Source of the DNA: Mesotaenium endlicherianum | Lineage: Eukaryota | Direction of reading: 5' to 3' | Length of the DNA stretch: 64,000 nt | Assembly: GCA_009602735.1 (NCBI GenBank) | Contig: WELA01001627.1 | Span: 97,578-161,577, forward strand | Program-made: the position numbers and the translations under genes | Shown here: positions 10,603 to 23,200 of the stretch, one piece after another | Layout of the letters: every line of letters begins with the position of its first letter | How positions within the stretch are numbered: position 1 is the first letter of the stretch | Notes under the pieces: model-generated | Told to the model about the DNA's origin: nothing | What the model saw: only the letters and a program-made list of their open reading frames with translations | Database searches by the model: none

Positions 10603-13600
10603 AGTGGATAGCACTAGCGACATGGGGTGATAGCTCCTTCCGATATTTGGGCGCTCATTACTACACTTTTTCCGTTGCGCCATGAAAACTTTTCTTGTTG
10701 ATTTTTGAGTAAAAATTCCAAGAATATGCAACTTGAAACCATAAATGGTAATTTTGCTGGTACACCTAGCATTAAGTAGCAATGTTTCTCTTACAAATAG
10801 ATATTATTTTTTGATGTTAATTTTATCCAAGAAAAACTCACCATGCAAGAATCCTACTGAGCAAATAGTTTAAAGGTTTGGCGTTCTCAAACAACTTCAC
10901 TTTACACGATACGAAGATACTTCAATGACTATGTCTTGAGCTTTATACAACAAACTTCTTTTGCTACGTTATTTCCTTTGTGTATGAAGCTCACCTCGAC
11001 TTGATGCAAAACCTTGCACGTGGTCTTGGACTTTTACCGTGCAATATGCGCAAATATTGTTCTCATACAATATCTCGCCTTTGTGTGCATAGCTTTTACC
11101 TTTCTCACCCCTTTTGCTTGAGATCTTGGGGCCCCTACAAGTTCCGGCTCACATGCTTGTGACATGTTAACTTTACAACTCGGGATATGATTCCCCGCTT
11201 GGTTTGTCTGTCCACGTGCCTTGGGAGGTCAAATCCATGCTTACACCAGAAACACGTTTACTTACGTTGTTAAACTCGCGTAAGGCAATTACTAATGACT
11301 GCCTAGAAAATGCAGTGGGGTCTGGCCCCTGCCACCAAGTTGGAACTCAATGGCCCAAATGAAGGGTGGGGGCCAAGTTGCAATTGGTTCATCCTTAAAA
11401 ATTCTATCATTGACCCTCAACAATCCTCTCGGAACGACTAAATCACCCCTCAAGTCCTCCTTTCTGCCAAACTTGATCCGCAACACTTTATACAAGCAAG
11501 ACAAGCCACCTTGGCCCGATGCATTCACGCACACAGCTCCTGCATCACTTTGATACAATCACCAAGTATGCGAACACATCACATTTCGGATTCGCAATTA
11601 GCAAGCATACACTTCACCTCAAACTCGGTACATTGTCTTTGTGCAAGTATATGTTTTACTCTATGCACAACACATGTTATATTATCTCTTCTTAATTAAG
11701 TACTATTCTAACTTCAATTTCTACTCAACTCCAACGGCGTGATACACAACGATGACTCCTTTCGTCAGAGCTCTCCTATTGGTCTAAAGACTCTCAGACC
11801 AATCGATTCTCCATTACACCGTGGTGGCACACCATTCCACCAGCACCGCACCTTGGTCCAGCCAGCTATATCTTTAGGCCGGGTAGGTGCCTCACCCTGC
11901 CTCCTTCTCCTACGACATATAGTCCTTCTACTCCCAGCTAATCCCAACTAGACTATCTAATCCTATCGCTTCCTGCTATGCCAATTTGGGGTGCTCTACA
12001 ACTCTGTCAGTTCATGGCGGCAGCCGTTCTAAGTACTACTTTTACTCTCTTATATTCTCAGCTAAATTATACTCTATATATTGTCCTGCCATAGGTGCTT
12101 CTATGAGAAACCTATCAAGTAGAGACTCTGGTCCAAGTCCTCGTTGCGGTGGAGTTTGGTCTTGGTCCCTCAGCTCTTCGAGTCCTCTCAAGACCTTTCG
12201 TAAGCCCTCTCGTCAGCTTCGTCGTTGACATCCTCTAGCCTTGTAAATTCCTCTTATTGTACACCTCTAGGCCTGGCGTAGTTTGATCCTTCCTCAGTCT
12301 TGTCAATCGATCTCTTTGTATCCGTCTTGCACTCAATCTTTTTGCAAAGCTCTTGCTCTACTTGGTGTACTTTGGTCTTCGCCCGGACTCATCTTGACGT
12401 AATGACACTCTCTGACTAACTCTTCCAAGTATTCATCCTTGAACCAACTCTTCTGTCTTACCATTCACCTATTGCATATTCAAGGCAAGAGGTCCGCATC
12501 TAAAATGGACTCATTATTTGGCCCGTTTTGAGATGCCTAATAACCCTCTACAGCAAGACCTCTCATCAACTAGAGCAGACAATTTTTTCCCTGTCCCCTT
12601 CTTTGACACGCGACGCCCTTCCTTCATTACCATACATCGAATTTACACATGGCCCATATGTCACTATTTGGCCTTCTTAAAGAGCACTTTGATCCCAAAT
12701 GGTATTCTTTCCACTAGTTTTTTATTCAATGAATATGATTTTCTTTTTTACATATCATGATTTCATATAACCTTGAAGCTACATACGTTCACGTAAAAGG
12801 GAGAAGCAAAGTTAATTACATACGTGATACATTGTAACATTACAATCACTTGTTTAGATTAGCACTCTCAGGTACATTGAAAATCAGACTGATAATCGTC
12901 ATTGGAAGTTTCAGAAACATCATTACACGCTTCATTAACTATAAAGAATCAAATTCAAATTAAGAACTTGGTTGATTTAAGTCAAAAATTCAAGACTATA
13001 CATGTATGTTCATACATTTGAATCTTCTTTCAAAATATTGTTTCACAATGACACTTGCACACTTGTAAAATATTTCAGTTCTACAGGTAGTTTGTTGGGC
13101 CGAATACAAGTACGAGCCTTTTGTGACTTGCACAATCTTAGGATGTACCATGCATGCTTTTGTTGAATTGAACCTCCTCTACGTGCTAGTTGACGCTTTG
13201 GCAAAGGCAGTTTGTAATAGATCAATACATAAGTTGCAAAACACGAGTCTCGTGAAGGAGTGTGTATCACTGCACTACATAGACGATAGTTGAGATCTGA
13301 AGCTTCGAGGTTGTCAAAGCGTCAAAGAATGATGAACTTGTATACCTCAAAGAAATCTCTACTTATGACCACTTCAAAGCAATACTGTCCGTTACTTTGA
13401 GCAATGTTAGACATGCAATTTGAGGAAATCAAATATTTTCTTAAGTAACCAATACCATTGTCAATGTCCCAACAAACCTGTAGCCTAAGACTACCTACTA
13501 CCAATCAAGTTTGCCATATATTGATGCATTACAATCTATTTTCTTGATTGTCTTTTGTGATGCCATGTTGTAAGAACGACTTTATATATATGAAAGTTAC

Positions 13601-14780
13601 AGACATACATATCTTTCTTACATTATGGCAACATATATAGGGAGTACATACTTGCAATTCTTATTTTCAAAATATTGTCTATCGAGCATGCATCATAATC
13701 GTACGAGTCAGCAACAAGTCATCAAGTATCTCGTGCATTTCGAATCATGCATCACCATGTGCTATCATATGCATGATTTCTTACCCCCTTACTACACAAG
13801 TGGCAAGATATATTACAAGCTATGGGTAGCTTATTTTGCTATGTGGTACCTCGGTCTTTGACGACTATTAGTATAAGACAATCAAAGGGAAGTAGGGCAC
13901 TACATTGTTGTGTACTTATTGGTTGTTGACAGTTGCATCACACCCATGAGTAACCAAACCAAGTGTACAAGTCCCAGAATGTAGACCCACCATTTATGAA
14001 CTTACAAACGTCTCGTGTGGTATGATGTACCTTAAAATTTCATGTTGCATCTAAAGGTAAGTTTTTATCATTAGGAGTGTAAAACTCACAAGCACACTGC
14101 TTTTGGGGGAGACAATTATGATTTCACAATAAAACGCCTTACTTCTGTGTGTGACAAACGGAGTGTTTAAAGAAAGCGCTTACGACTCTTAAGCCACGGT
14201 ATAGCTTGGTGATAGGCCAGCAATGATTGCATGGAACACAAACAATTTCTATGTAGTCTATATCGACAAAGCTTACAAGTCAGTGGGCAAGTGGTGGTGT
14301 GGCTGGCACGCAAAGGCACAAAGCCGACCTGTAGGTGGTCGCTGAAAGACATGGACACATTCTAGGCAATGAATATAAGAATGATTGTTGTGAGAGAACA
14401 TGGAGCTCCATGTTAAAGGCCACTCCTGATGTGTGGGAGGTAAGATGTGGTTTCTATACATAGAGCCTAAACTCAAGGGGGATGCTACTCATTATACCCT
14501 ACAGTAAAATGGTGCTATACAGGTGCACTTAGTGAGCTATTCTACTATACAAGGCAAAGCACACATATTCTATATACATGTGTGTAAATACACAATGGGA
14601 ATGCCAGGACTATACATATATGACCTTAGCGAGAAACCTCCTGGAGCTACACTACACCACTGGCTGCAGCCATGCCTGCTGTCCCAGTCGGTCAGTCCAT
14701 AAGTTATCCTTGTGCTTCAGGCAGAGCAGAGCTAATCATGTGGCCGGTAAGAGTAGGGTCTAACACCGGCAGCTGGAGAT

Positions 14781-17700
14781 TCAGAGCTGAAGGGAAGCCA
14801 TGACAAGCGCCTGAGCTTGTTGCAGATACGCGGATGCGCGCGGTGCCACATAGGTGTGTAACACAGCTCGAAGAGGCGGTGTTGCAAATAGAGCGTAGAG
14901 AGCTCCCGCAGCCAGAATGCCGGTCAGCGTCACTCCATTGACAAACACAAAAGTGAAACTGTCTCGCACACGCCTCATGAGGGAGAAGTGGGGCCGGCCT
15001 GCCGAGAGAGAGTGCTGTTCCCGCAGTGCTCTGGGGGCCTTGGGATCTGCCAGTAGCGGCCTGCCAGCCAGCAGCACACAGATCAAGCACATTCTGTCAT
15101 TGTGGCACGCGCAACTCACAACCGGTGCTCGTTCAAGTATTGTACCACATTCACTTGATGATCCTGAGTGTGATAATTGGGAGAGGACTATGAGTGAGTG
15201 AGTACATACTGCGTGAGAGCAGAGGACAATGTAGAAGTGGTGGTTTGCTGCCCTTGCAGCCGTGTGCTGAGCCACTGCCAAAAGTGCAACGGCTGCAGGG
15301 CTTGGCCCCCGCTGTCGGTGAGCCCTGCCAACCCACAGCCTCACCCACAGTCACAACCACAACCGTAGCCTCAGCTCGAGGCTCCACCAGATCCATCCAT
15401 CCATCCATTCATCCATCTATCTCATCCTTCCAGCTCCTCCGACGGTGCACTGGCCAAAGGTGCCGACGAAACGGGAGGTTAGAGACACACCTGGAACAGC
15501 CCCCTGCTGAGGGAGCTCCGGAATGGTGTCATCCCAGAGGACGCTGCCAGGCGTGCCTGGCTTGTGCCATGGCAGAGCCATGGACAGTGGTGGCCAGAGG
15601 TACATGCAAATCAGAACGCCCCATGCCAGTGCCACCGCCTGCTCAACCCCCATCCCATCCACAACTCTCTGAGAGCAAGCCTGACAACTCGACCCCGAGT
15701 GCTCTCGGCTGCTGTGACAAAGGGCCTGCGAACTGCACCAGTAGCAGCAGTAGCACGCATACCTGAGCCAATGCCTCTTCCTGCGACAGGAGGCCCATGG
15801 CGAAGCGCACCACATTGTACAGGCAGCCTAGAGCAATGAGGAGGTAGTACACGAGGTACATCCACGTCTGCCGCAGCGCGTGCCTCCAGTTGTTGTCTGC
15901 ATCCTTCTTTGTCACTGTGAACCCGATCTGGACAGCCGCAACGCCCCATTCCCCTCCTCAGCACGCTGGCACACGGTGAGCACCCATGAGAGGACGGAAG
16001 GGGTCGGAAGGGGAAGAAGGAAGGGAGGGAGGGAGGAGTGCACAGTCTCACCTCGCGGGCTCCCAGCAGAACGCGGAAGAGCCACAGCTCGGAGGCCAGC
16101 ACCTTCCAGCAGGCCAGCAGGTTGTTGGGCACGGCCCACACCCACGCCTGCGATCCGCGCCACATCTCGTGGCCCTTGTTGGGCACGCCGCGGTGCGCGC
16201 TCCACAGCATCACGCGGTTGGCGCCGTAGTAGAGCGCAAACAGCGTGCAGAACTCTTGCGCATTGGCGCTCAGGGGCCCCACGGACGTCCACAGGTACAC
16301 GATGGGCGCCAGCGAGATGATGAGCGTCGGCAGCGCCAGGCAGTACTGCGGGCACAAGCACCCCAATCCCGCCGCTCTGTCAGCACCCCCTCGAAGTCCT
16401 TCCTCTCTCGCAGAGGACGGTAGTGGCAGAGGCAGCGGAGCGGGACTAGGGGTGACCCAACCTGGAAGGCGGACTGGAAGAAGAGCAGGGCCTGCGGGGC
16501 CGTAAGTGCCGGCTTCAGCAGAGGGTTGTCACGACACAGGATTTGCAGCGAGCCCATGGCCCAGCGCAGGCGCTGCTTCAGCACAGAGTCGATGTCGTCC
16601 GGCGCCAGGCCGAAGATGAGGCGCTCATTCAGATAAATGGACGAGAAGCCTGCCACCACCCGCCCCTCCCACTAGTCAGTCAGGAAAAGCAGCACAGCAC
16701 GGGCCATGCACAATTCGGACGTGACCCAGTGGGGCATGGAGAGGCACCTGCGCTCATGAGAGCCATGGCCGAGTTGTAGTCCTCTGTGATGGACCCGAAG
16801 GCCTGCCCGCCAATGGAGACGAGCGCGTCGCGCCGGAAGATGACGCCCGTACCCACGCAGGGGCAGGCGCCAATGCCATCGCGGCCCTGCATCATGGGGC
16901 CGTAGAAGAAGGCGGCCCGGTGGCCCATGGGGTCGTCCTTCTCCACGTTGTAGAAGTCCTGCGGGGTCTGCACGAAGGCCAGCTTGGGCCGTGCTCGCCA
17001 CCCCCCTCCCCGAGGGCTCTGCTCGTAGAAGTGGCCCATCACGCGGTCCAGAAACTCGGGCTTGGGGATCATGTCGCAGTCAAACACCACCACGTGCGAC
17101 CCAGGGACGGCCTGCCAGGTGGCACGCCCTTTGAGTAGCTGCGAGTTGATGTTGCCCGCCTTGGCATGATGCGGCACGCCCTTCACCTGCGCCGCGACAG
17201 AGACGCCTCTCCCTCCGTCACCAAATTGTGCAAGAGACCATGTGTGCGTGTCTGTCGTGTACAAACATCGTGTATGTTATGCGGTCAGATGTGGAGAGAG
17301 AGTGAGGACGAGAGGGGCAGACCTTAGTGCGAGTGGCATAGTGCAGGGAGGGCCACCCGCGGCCGTAGGGGCCAGCAGGCTGCTGCTCCATCTCCGCCTT
17401 GAGCTTGGCGCACATGGTCTCCACCTCCTCCCGCCGCCCGTCGTCCAGCACGTGCACCACCAGCTTTGAAGGCGGGTATCTGCCACCTCCGCCACCACCA
17501 CCACCACCACCACCACCACCACAGGATCAGCCGCAGAAAGGGGAGAAGAGGGCAGGGGAAGGGGAAGGGGGGAGCAGGGGGGTAGGCGGGAGGGACTGAC
17601 ATCATGTTGAGTGCGGCGCACACGGTGGCCTCGATAATGGCCACGGGCTCGTTGTAACACACCACGTACGCGTCCACGCCCGGATACGCTGCGGCCGCCA

Positions 17701-20700
17701 GCCCCATGGCCTGCAGGCTGCGCTGCGCCCGCTCCACGGGCGCCCAGATCTCGAGGCAGAAGAAGAAGCTGGGCGCAAAGGTGGCGAGCTCACACAAGTA
17801 GAACACGATGCTGACAGCGATGCAGTCCTTGTTTAGGCTGCGCTCCGCCCGCCACACGAAGTACACCACCCCCAGAGCCTGCGTGATGATGGCCAGCAGG
17901 CGCCACCAGTAAGTGCCCCTCTTGAGCTGCGCCCCCGGGGTGCCGGCGCCGTAGTAGGCGCGCTCTACGAGGCGCTGCTGCTGCTGCTGCTGCTGCTGCT
18001 CATCCTCACGCTCTGCGCTGGCACTGCCGCTGCCGCTTCCGCTGCTGCTGACAGAGCAGGGTGAGTCGAGAGCCGAGTAATCCGAAGACACCCCGGAGGA
18101 GTGCAGGAGGGAATTGTCGAGCACACTGACGGGGCTCCAGCTGCGCTTCATCTTGTCGCTGGCGCTCTTCTTCAAAAGCTCCAGGTGCTCCTGCGCCATC
18201 AGCCGCATGAGGGTGCTGCTGGAGCCCCCCTGCTGCTGTTGCTGCTGCTGCTGCTGCTCCACCTTGATGGACACAAGCGTGGAGGGGGAGCCATCACCCC
18301 CCTCCCACTTGCGCGCCAGCTTGTACAGATCCGACGCCAGGTCCATGTGGCCCGCATCCAGAGCCAAGTCTGCTGCGGTCGCCCCCTGCAGCCCCACAAC
18401 CACCAGCAGCAAAAGAAACATTAGCAAGCAGCAGCAGCAGCAGCAGCAGCACATGTGTGAGCAGGACCTCCATTCCTTCTCCGTCAAATCTCTGCCCGCC
18501 CACCCANCCCGTTGGCGGCAGCGTAGTGCAGCGCAGAGTCCTCCCACTTGTCCTGCTTGCGCTGCTCCACGCACGCGCCCCGCTCCAGCAGCCACTCCAC
18601 GGCTTCCACCTGCCAGCAGCCCAGCACAGCCCAGCTAAGATTGCAGTCGGCTAGCTGACTGCCAACTCCGAAAGCCCCACGCTGATAGGTTGAGGGCATA
18701 CCTGGCCCGCAATGACAGCAGCATGGAGCGCAGAGAAGCCCAGGATGGAGGTCCTGTCAACGTCAAAGCCCTTCATACGAGAAATCTGCTCCATCACCTC
18801 TATGTTTCCCTGCTTGCGCGCGCATACACACGCACACGCACACAAACACACACCCAGACGCAATAGGGCCATGAGAGCTTTGGAGGTTGCGTGTATTGGA
18901 GAGGATTAGAGAGAACTAGAGCCTGCCACAATATGGAAGGGGGAGCATGACGCACCTGCACTGCCGCGTAGCGGAATGCGCCACTGTACACATCACCGAG
19001 GGTGCCCCTTGCCAGCAGCCTCCGCCGCACGGCTATATACAGCATGAAGGCGGCAAGGGCAAGAAGGAACGCCAGCAGCGTAACACGGCCGAACGGGATG
19101 AGCAGCAGCGACGGGTGCAGCGGAGCCGGGGGGCGTGTGCCGCCTCTGCGCGCGCGCACTGCCCGCAGAGGGGACCTCACGGGGCACTCGTCAGACCTGC
19201 AGGCAGGCACGCACGCTCTCTTCTGGCTCGCCTGTCAGAGACTGCAAAAACAGCAGTGCTGCTGCTGCTGGTGGTGGTGGTGGGGCCGCGTGCGGGTACG
19301 GGTATGCTGAGGGCGCGGAGCTGGAGCTGCGGCGAAGGGGCGGACCTGTTGTGAGAGGGAACGCCGTCGAGGGCGCGCACGGAGGCGCTGTAGTAGAGGA
19401 TGCCCTGCTGCCACGAGGGGTCCTGCGGCTCCTTGAAGACGACATCCACGTCCACGGACCACGACCGCCGGTGGCCGCGCACCACTGTGGCGCCTGCCCC
19501 CATCTTGGTGGCCGGCATGCCACTGTTGTCCACGCTGCAAGACTCCAGACGAGACAAGATGAGGGGCAGGGATGATTGACCCGTGTCACCCGTCCAGTGA
19601 CAGAAGCAGGCGGATAAAGGTTGCTGCGACTCCCTTACCTGTACACTTCCACGCCCACTTGACTGATGTGGCCTTGGAAAGGAACCCCCACAGAGACAGT
19701 GATGCTCCCATTGGCTGCCACACAAGCCCGCCCCCACCACAACTCTGTGTGACTTTATGCTCTCCTCTCTCCCCACGGGTGGGGAACTTACTACTGCCGT
19801 TGACAGGTCGGGGAGAGAGAGCACAAGCAGAGATGGGACGCACTGATGATGACGATGTCAGTGGGGGCAGGGGACAGGTCCACCAGGCTCTCATCCTGCT
19901 GGAAGTCGTGCAACAGCTTCCAGTAGCGCTGCCCCTTCTTCCTCTGCACCACCTGCGCAGCCGCAGCCGCAGCAGCAGCACCTGCACCGTCACTGCTCCG
20001 CAATACTGGGCTGCTACTCTGCTGCTCGCTAGGGAGGGAGGCACGCACCTGGAGGTCGCGCACGAGCGCCTGCAGTACAGTGGCATTGCTGCTGAACGTC
20101 CAGTCCACGTTGAAGCCCCCCTGCAGGCACCGCCCATCCCGTACATGCCACTCTTTCAGCTGCAGCCACCATGCTCGCAGCGGTCCACATGGATGCCACC
20201 ACACCGGCTCGCGCATGCCCTGCTTGCATGCTGTCCCTCCCGGCTACTTGATATGGGTGGGTCCCAAGTCTCATCAATCTCGCATTTGTGTCTATGTATG
20301 CACACATACACATACATACACAGGAAATAACCACTTGGACCAGCACGTCACGTGGCCCTCGGGTGACCCAACTCGTTCATGTCTGCCCATTCAGTTCAGG
20401 ATTCCAGGTCCCAGCATCCCCCTGTGCTGTTGTGAGGGTTAAAAAGGGGGGAGCAGAGGGGAGAGGGGGAAAAAGGGACAGAGAGAGGGAGAGGGATGAA
20501 AATAAAGGAAGGGGGAGGGNNNNNNNNNNNNNNNNNNNNNNNNNNNNNNNNNNNNNNNNNNNNNNNNNNNNNNNNNNNNNNNNNNNNNNNNNNNNNNNNN
20601 NNNNNNNNNNNNNNNNNNNNNNNNNNNNNNNNNNNNNNNNNNNNNNNNNNNNNNNNNNNNNNNNNNNNNNNNNNNNNNNNNNNNNNNNNNNNNNNNNNNN

Positions 20701-22469
20701 NNNNNNNNNNNNNNNNNNNNNNNNNNNNNNNNNNNNNNNNNNNNNNNNNNNNNNNNNNNNNNNNNNNNNNNNNNNNNNNNNNNNNNNNNNNNNNNNNNNN
20801 NNNNNNNNNNNNNNNNNNNNNNNNNNNNNNNNNNNNNNNNNNNNNNNNNNNNNNNNNNNNNNNNNNNNNNNNNNNNNNNNNNNNNNNNNNNNNNNNNNNN
20901 NNNNNNNNNNNNNNNNNNNNNNNNNNNNNNNNNNNNNNNNNNNNNNNNNNNNNNNNNNNNNNNNNNNNNNNNNNNNNNNNNNNNNNAGGGGGAGGGGGGG
21001 GAGGGAGGGGGGGCAGAGAGAGGGAGAAGAAGGGAGCACCTCTTTTTTCCGATTGTCGAACCAGACCACCATCTTGAGGCGAGGTAACCATTTGGAAACA
21101 TCGCGAGCTTCCTCACTGTCCCCCTCTACGTTCAGAATCTGCCACCCAGCAAGGGGGGCCCACACAATTGTGAGCATGACGTGCAGTCGAAAGACACGCA
21201 TGGCACATGCTGGTAGGCTTCTAAGCGGCCTAGTTGAATGAGAAATAGGTGTCGTACCTGCCGCCACCACGCCTGCTTGACTGCCAGCTCATCGTCACAA
21301 CATGAGCTGGTGGGGTTGTAGAGAGCCGCCACCTCGGGCAGAGCAAGCGGCTTGTTGCGCGAGGCATTGGCGCAGAACATGGCATAGAAGTCTGGGACCG
21401 CACTCTCATTGCCGTTCGCCCCGTCGTAGTTCCCCGTCAACTGCAAATCCACACACGGTCAGCCGATCTCAGCTCAGCTGAGCTGGCCAGTCACACGCGT
21501 AGCATGCCACGTGGCGGAAAGAAGAAGGCACCTCACCTTGTCATAGAAGGAGCTGGGCTCGGGCACCTCGTTGCGGCCCCAGGGGGACTTGCGGCCCCAG
21601 TGGTAGAGCGTCATGCCCACCCAGTCGACGGCGTCGTCGCCGGGGTAGAAGGGCGAGTACATGTCGTCCTCCATGCTCAGCTGGCCGTCGCCGTTGGTGT
21701 CCAGCACGCCAAAGTCGCTGCAGTCCTCCGCGCCCTTGCATGTGTGCGCGCCGTATGAGAAGGGGTAGCCGCCCCCGTTGTTGGGCGCCCACAGCATGGC
21801 GGAGCGGCACGTGAAGGCGCGGATGTGTGCGGCCAGCAGGCGGAAGGCTGCCACGTACTCCGTGGGCCTCTGGCACCACGGGTACCAGCCGCCGTTCATC
21901 TCCTGCCCGAACCGGATCATGAAGGATACGCCGCCCGTCTCGTACGGCACCAGGATGTCCACCAGGCGCCGGCACGCCTTGGCCGTCACGGCCGCCAGCC
22001 CGCTGTGGGGCTCCAGCGTCACCAGCGCTATGCCCCCCACGGCCGCCACCTGTATGCCCGCATACAGGCCAGTCAGTGACCCCCACCCATGCACTTCAAG
22101 TAAAAGAGGTCGCCGGCGCTGGGTGCGCGGCGTCGTGCGTGTTGTTGTGGATGTAAACTGTAGGCTTACCTGCTTCAAGAAATCATGCAGCAGGGCCACG
22201 TCCGCGTCGCGCAGGGGGAAGTGCTGGAAGGTGGAGAACACGACGGGGTCGAATCCGATCTCCTCCACGTACTGCTTCAGGGGCACTGTGTTGTTCATGG
22301 TCACGCCAAAGTAACCGCCTTGCCATGGCTCTAGTAGCGCCAGATTTTGCGCATCTGCTGACGCTGGCATGGAAAGCCCGACTGCAGGCAACGACGTGCT
22401 GGCTGTGCTTGGGCAGCACAGGCCCCACAGCAGCAGGCAGGCCCCCAGAGGCCTCCACAGTCCCACCAT
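14781..22469 (-). CDS. Multi-exon GH26 hydrolase - beta-sandwich - TM - ankyrin repeat - GT2 (BcsA/CesA-like) polysaccharide synthase fusion
   Basis: Phase-compatible GT-AG exons: 22469-22170, 22049-21537, 21440-21258, 21138-21040, 20120-20049, 19952 to about 19843, about 19716-19639, about 19534-19346, 19196-18956, 18809-18702, 18609 to about 18508, 18385-17601, 17479-17323, 17186-16748, 16649-16462, 16345-16052, 15927-15763, 15638-15491. Less certain exons follow near 15325-15230 and 15059-14781. No in-frame stop lies between the domains. Confidence 0.72.
15491..17930 (-). CDS. Processive GT2 beta-glycan synthase domain (bacterial BcsA-like) with flanking TM helices
   Basis: CYNEP, VLDDG, HHAKAGNIN, FDCD (DxD), FVQTPQDF, CVGTG, ITED, QRLRW, FTVTKK. 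There is no plant CesA zinc finger, P-CR or CSR insert and no PilZ domain. Confidence 0.93.
18330..18990 (-). CDS. Ankyrin repeats (about 4) of the fusion gene
   Basis: AFRYAAVQGNIEVME, GFSALHAAVIAGQVEAVEWLLERGA, DSALHYAAANG, GATAADLALDAGH. Confidence 0.88.
20049..22469 (-). CDS. Glycoside hydrolase family 26 domain with N-terminal signal peptide
   Basis: Signal-like MVGLWRPLGACLLLWGLCCPSTAS; IRFGQEMNGGWYPW (acid/base Glu); MLWAPN; FYPGDDAVDWVGMTLY; KPLALPEVAA (nucleophile Glu); KQAWWRQ; VVWFDNRK. Confidence 0.9.
20520..20986. other. Assembly gap (run of N) inside a predicted intron
   Basis: N run flanked by purine-rich simple sequence. Confidence 0.98.
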
Positions 22470-22639
22470 CTAGCTCCGTCCCCACCTCCTTCTGCAACGC
22501 GTCCGTGACAAAATTGCAGTCAGCAGTGTCTGAATGCAATCTGTATCACTGCACATGTCTGGCACAAGCCTTGCTGGCAGACAAGGAACCCGTATGCTCG
22601 TAGATCATGGTCAATGGTCAGTGAAGGAATCGTGTCAGT

Positions 22640-23200
22640 CAATCTACCTGGCCAGTTTTTGTTCATGTATATCTTGTTACCCGGCCATCCCCTATCTGGC
22701 TACTCGAGGGCAGACATGGGTTACAAAAGTAAGACTTCGAAATCTTTGTGGTACTAGGGGCGCCAGACAGAACGGAAACAAAATATCTCCCTCTTTTGAG
22801 CTCACCTCGACCTTCTTTCAAAAGCGGCTCTTCTATAAGTGATTGGGCTACAGAAGCAGCCTCTTGCCCTGGACAACAAACTTGTTGCAGTGGAGTGCAA
22901 GCATATCACGCCATGGATAACATTATGACAACTAGATCATTGACTATTAGTCTCAGAAGAGATGGTCGTCCAATATCGGTCCAGGTAGACTGTTCCAGTG
23001 CACAGTAAGAGCTCTGCTCCCGCTGGTCGAATATCTGGGCACAGGTCACAGAGTGCGGTCGGACTTCTAGGCTCAGAACATGCTCCCAATCAATGGCCTT
23101 ATATTTACGGTGGTGGGATGTTATCCAATGCAACAGTACTTTCAGAGCTTCCCAAATGAACAAGAGGGGCAATTCACATACTCAGCTCTAAATCTGAAGA
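22640..23200 (-). pseudogene. Possible highly degraded non-LTR (LINE) reverse transcriptase remnant
   Basis: Weak motif echoes in the expected order: KYKAIDWEHVL (cf. KAFDxVDW) and KEGDILFPFCLAPL (cf. QGDPLSPLLF). Confidence 0.3.

Noticed and set aside
11292..11558. WAIEFQLGGRGQTPLHFL resembles the Helitron Rep HUH motif (EFQxRGxPHxH)
   Set aside because: Single imperfect motif; I could not find the other Rep motifs, a helicase or termini in 10.6-14.7 kb. The region is left unassigned as probable decayed TE.
15491..17930. Calling the GT2 a plant rosette-type CesA, or bacterial contamination
   Set aside because: It lacks the RING, P-CR and CSR regions of plant CesA, and its many spliceosomal introns show it is a nuclear gene. 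The product is unknown, so no gene symbol was given.
20288..21270. Long ORFs of 190-320 aa in the ORF track
   Set aside because: Artifacts of reading through the N gap.
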